A stretch of DNA of 64,000 nt, from the NCBI RefSeq assembly GCF_016432865.1, contig NC_067401.1, positions 73,098,001-73,162,000 on the forward strand, given 5' to 3'. The stretch's first letter is position 1. Each line of letters begins with the position of its first letter. The stretch is from Antechinus flavipes. Its lineage: Eukaryota. The notes under the pieces are model-generated. The model worked only from the letters and a program-made list of their open reading frames with translations, made no database searches and was not told the DNA's origin. Shown here one piece after another: positions 62,721 through 64,000 of the stretch. A program made the translations under genes and the position numbers.

Positions 62721-64000
62721 GAGAGGGCATCAACAACTTTTGTAGAGAGCAGTTTCTTTTGAATAATGAAGTTGGAAACCAGACAACAGACAATGAGAAG
62801 AAAGTAAAGGTTTCTACTACAGGTGGCCATCTAAAGGAGTTCGCCAAAAAAAAGAGGAGGAAAGATATAGGATGATGGCTAGAAGGGATGGAGAACAGAT
62901 CAAGTAAAACTTTTAAGGATGAATGAAACATGAGCATGTTTGTAAGCAGCAGGAGAGCAGCCAGTAGACAGGGAGGTATTGAAGATCAGCGAGAAAAGAC
63001 ATTATAGAGTAGACAAATCTATTGGAGATGACTGGAATGGGATCACTTGTACATAGTTTAATCCCTTTTTATTTGATAGCTATCTACTTCCCATCTTCTC
63101 CTCTTCCTGTTTTTTATAGAGGGAATTCTTAGTCAGCTACTTGTTGGATTAGATGGCTTCTGAGGTATATCCTTCAATCCTGAAATCTATGAAATGCCTT
63201 TATTTTCTGCAATTAAGTATTTTTTGTCCCGAATTTTGTAATCATGGCATAAACTTATATGTGTAATGAGACAGACAAAAATCAAATATTTAATTGTATG
63301 CCTCTTTTACATGGAAGATAACTTAAAATTTAATTTCTACTGCCTAATCTTCACTTTCTTCCCTCCAATGTGCCATGTATTATTTCCTCCTTATAGCTAC
63401 CATAGGTGATATGGTAAAAGCTTCTTAAACCATGTGTTACAACCTCATTAAGGATTACATAATTGAATACAGAAGTGGTGAAAAATTTGGCAACAGTAAA
63501 AGGTATCAAATATTCTGCCAAGATTTCCTTATCTAAAAATAAACAAGCTCATCTTTCTCATTAGCATGCAAATATGCTTTCATCTTTAATAGACTTTTCA
63601 CATTAAGTCCAGAATGTACTTGAGCCAGGTATGTGAGTGTATATATTGATAATAGAAAGGGGAGTGGGATAGGATGAGAAAGTGATATATGTAGTAGTAC
63701 ACATGAATATTTTTATTCCTATCATAATTTTTGAAAGAAATACAGAAGTTACAATAATATATATTTAAAGTGATTAAAACAGTAGAAGAATTTCTTATAC
63801 TAGCTCATTTTTGTATAGGTTTACAAAGCACCTTCATTCACTATTTCAGTTTCACCAATTCTTCATGTACCCTGTGACATTTAAAAAGTTCAAGTGACAT
63901 AATTTCTAGGCAATCATTTTATTAATAATGCTAGAATTTTACTCATAAAAGAGTTCAGTGACTCACTTGAACACCAAAGGAACCCTCATGGTGGCAGCCT

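Noticed and set aside
1-64000. tRNA, rRNA, CRISPR arrays or prokaryote-type systems
   Set aside because: None seen. The tRNA-like box motifs all belong to SINE heads, and the DNA is intron-rich mammalian sequence.

Overview
This is AT-rich, repeat-dense vertebrate DNA, almost certainly marsupial. It carries MAR1-type CORE-SINEs with RTE-like tails, a WSINE1-like SINE, and abundant L2, MIR, L3/CR1 and marsupial-type L1 fragments; an Australian (possibly dasyurid) origin is my inference from remembered repeat consensuses. Only one gene is supported: the 5' end of a plus-strand ARHGAP29-family RhoGAP gene. It has a CpG-island promoter and first exon ending at a perfect donor (38587) and a first clearly coding exon (ATG 43583 to donor 43844, 87 codons plus 1 nt). 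I found no further exon in the remaining 20 kb. The encoded peptide matches the DPxY...LVND(I/V)R(K/R)F..LL.LKE motif of ARHGAP29, but its N-terminus (MLRQNGGSNKRGLS...) is unlike human ARHGAP29, suggesting a paralogue rather than the orthologue. The most interesting structural observation is that three competing splice acceptors in front of exon 2 would turn the exon-1 ATGs into either a 26-codon uORF or an in-frame 25-26 aa N-terminal extension. Other leads are a solo LTR in intron 1 with a downstream donor, a G-quadruplex pentamer repeat, a perfect MARE/NRF2 site in intron 2, a 205-bp 91%-identical local duplication, and an orphan TATA-type promoter candidate at 16.6 kb. An assembly gap (242 N) splits the CpG island. 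Repeat family names come from recalled consensus sequences, not a database search, and repeat boundaries are approximate (about +/-30 bp unless TSDs or TIRs are quoted). Nearly all other ORFs in the supplied track are repeat- or composition-derived noise.
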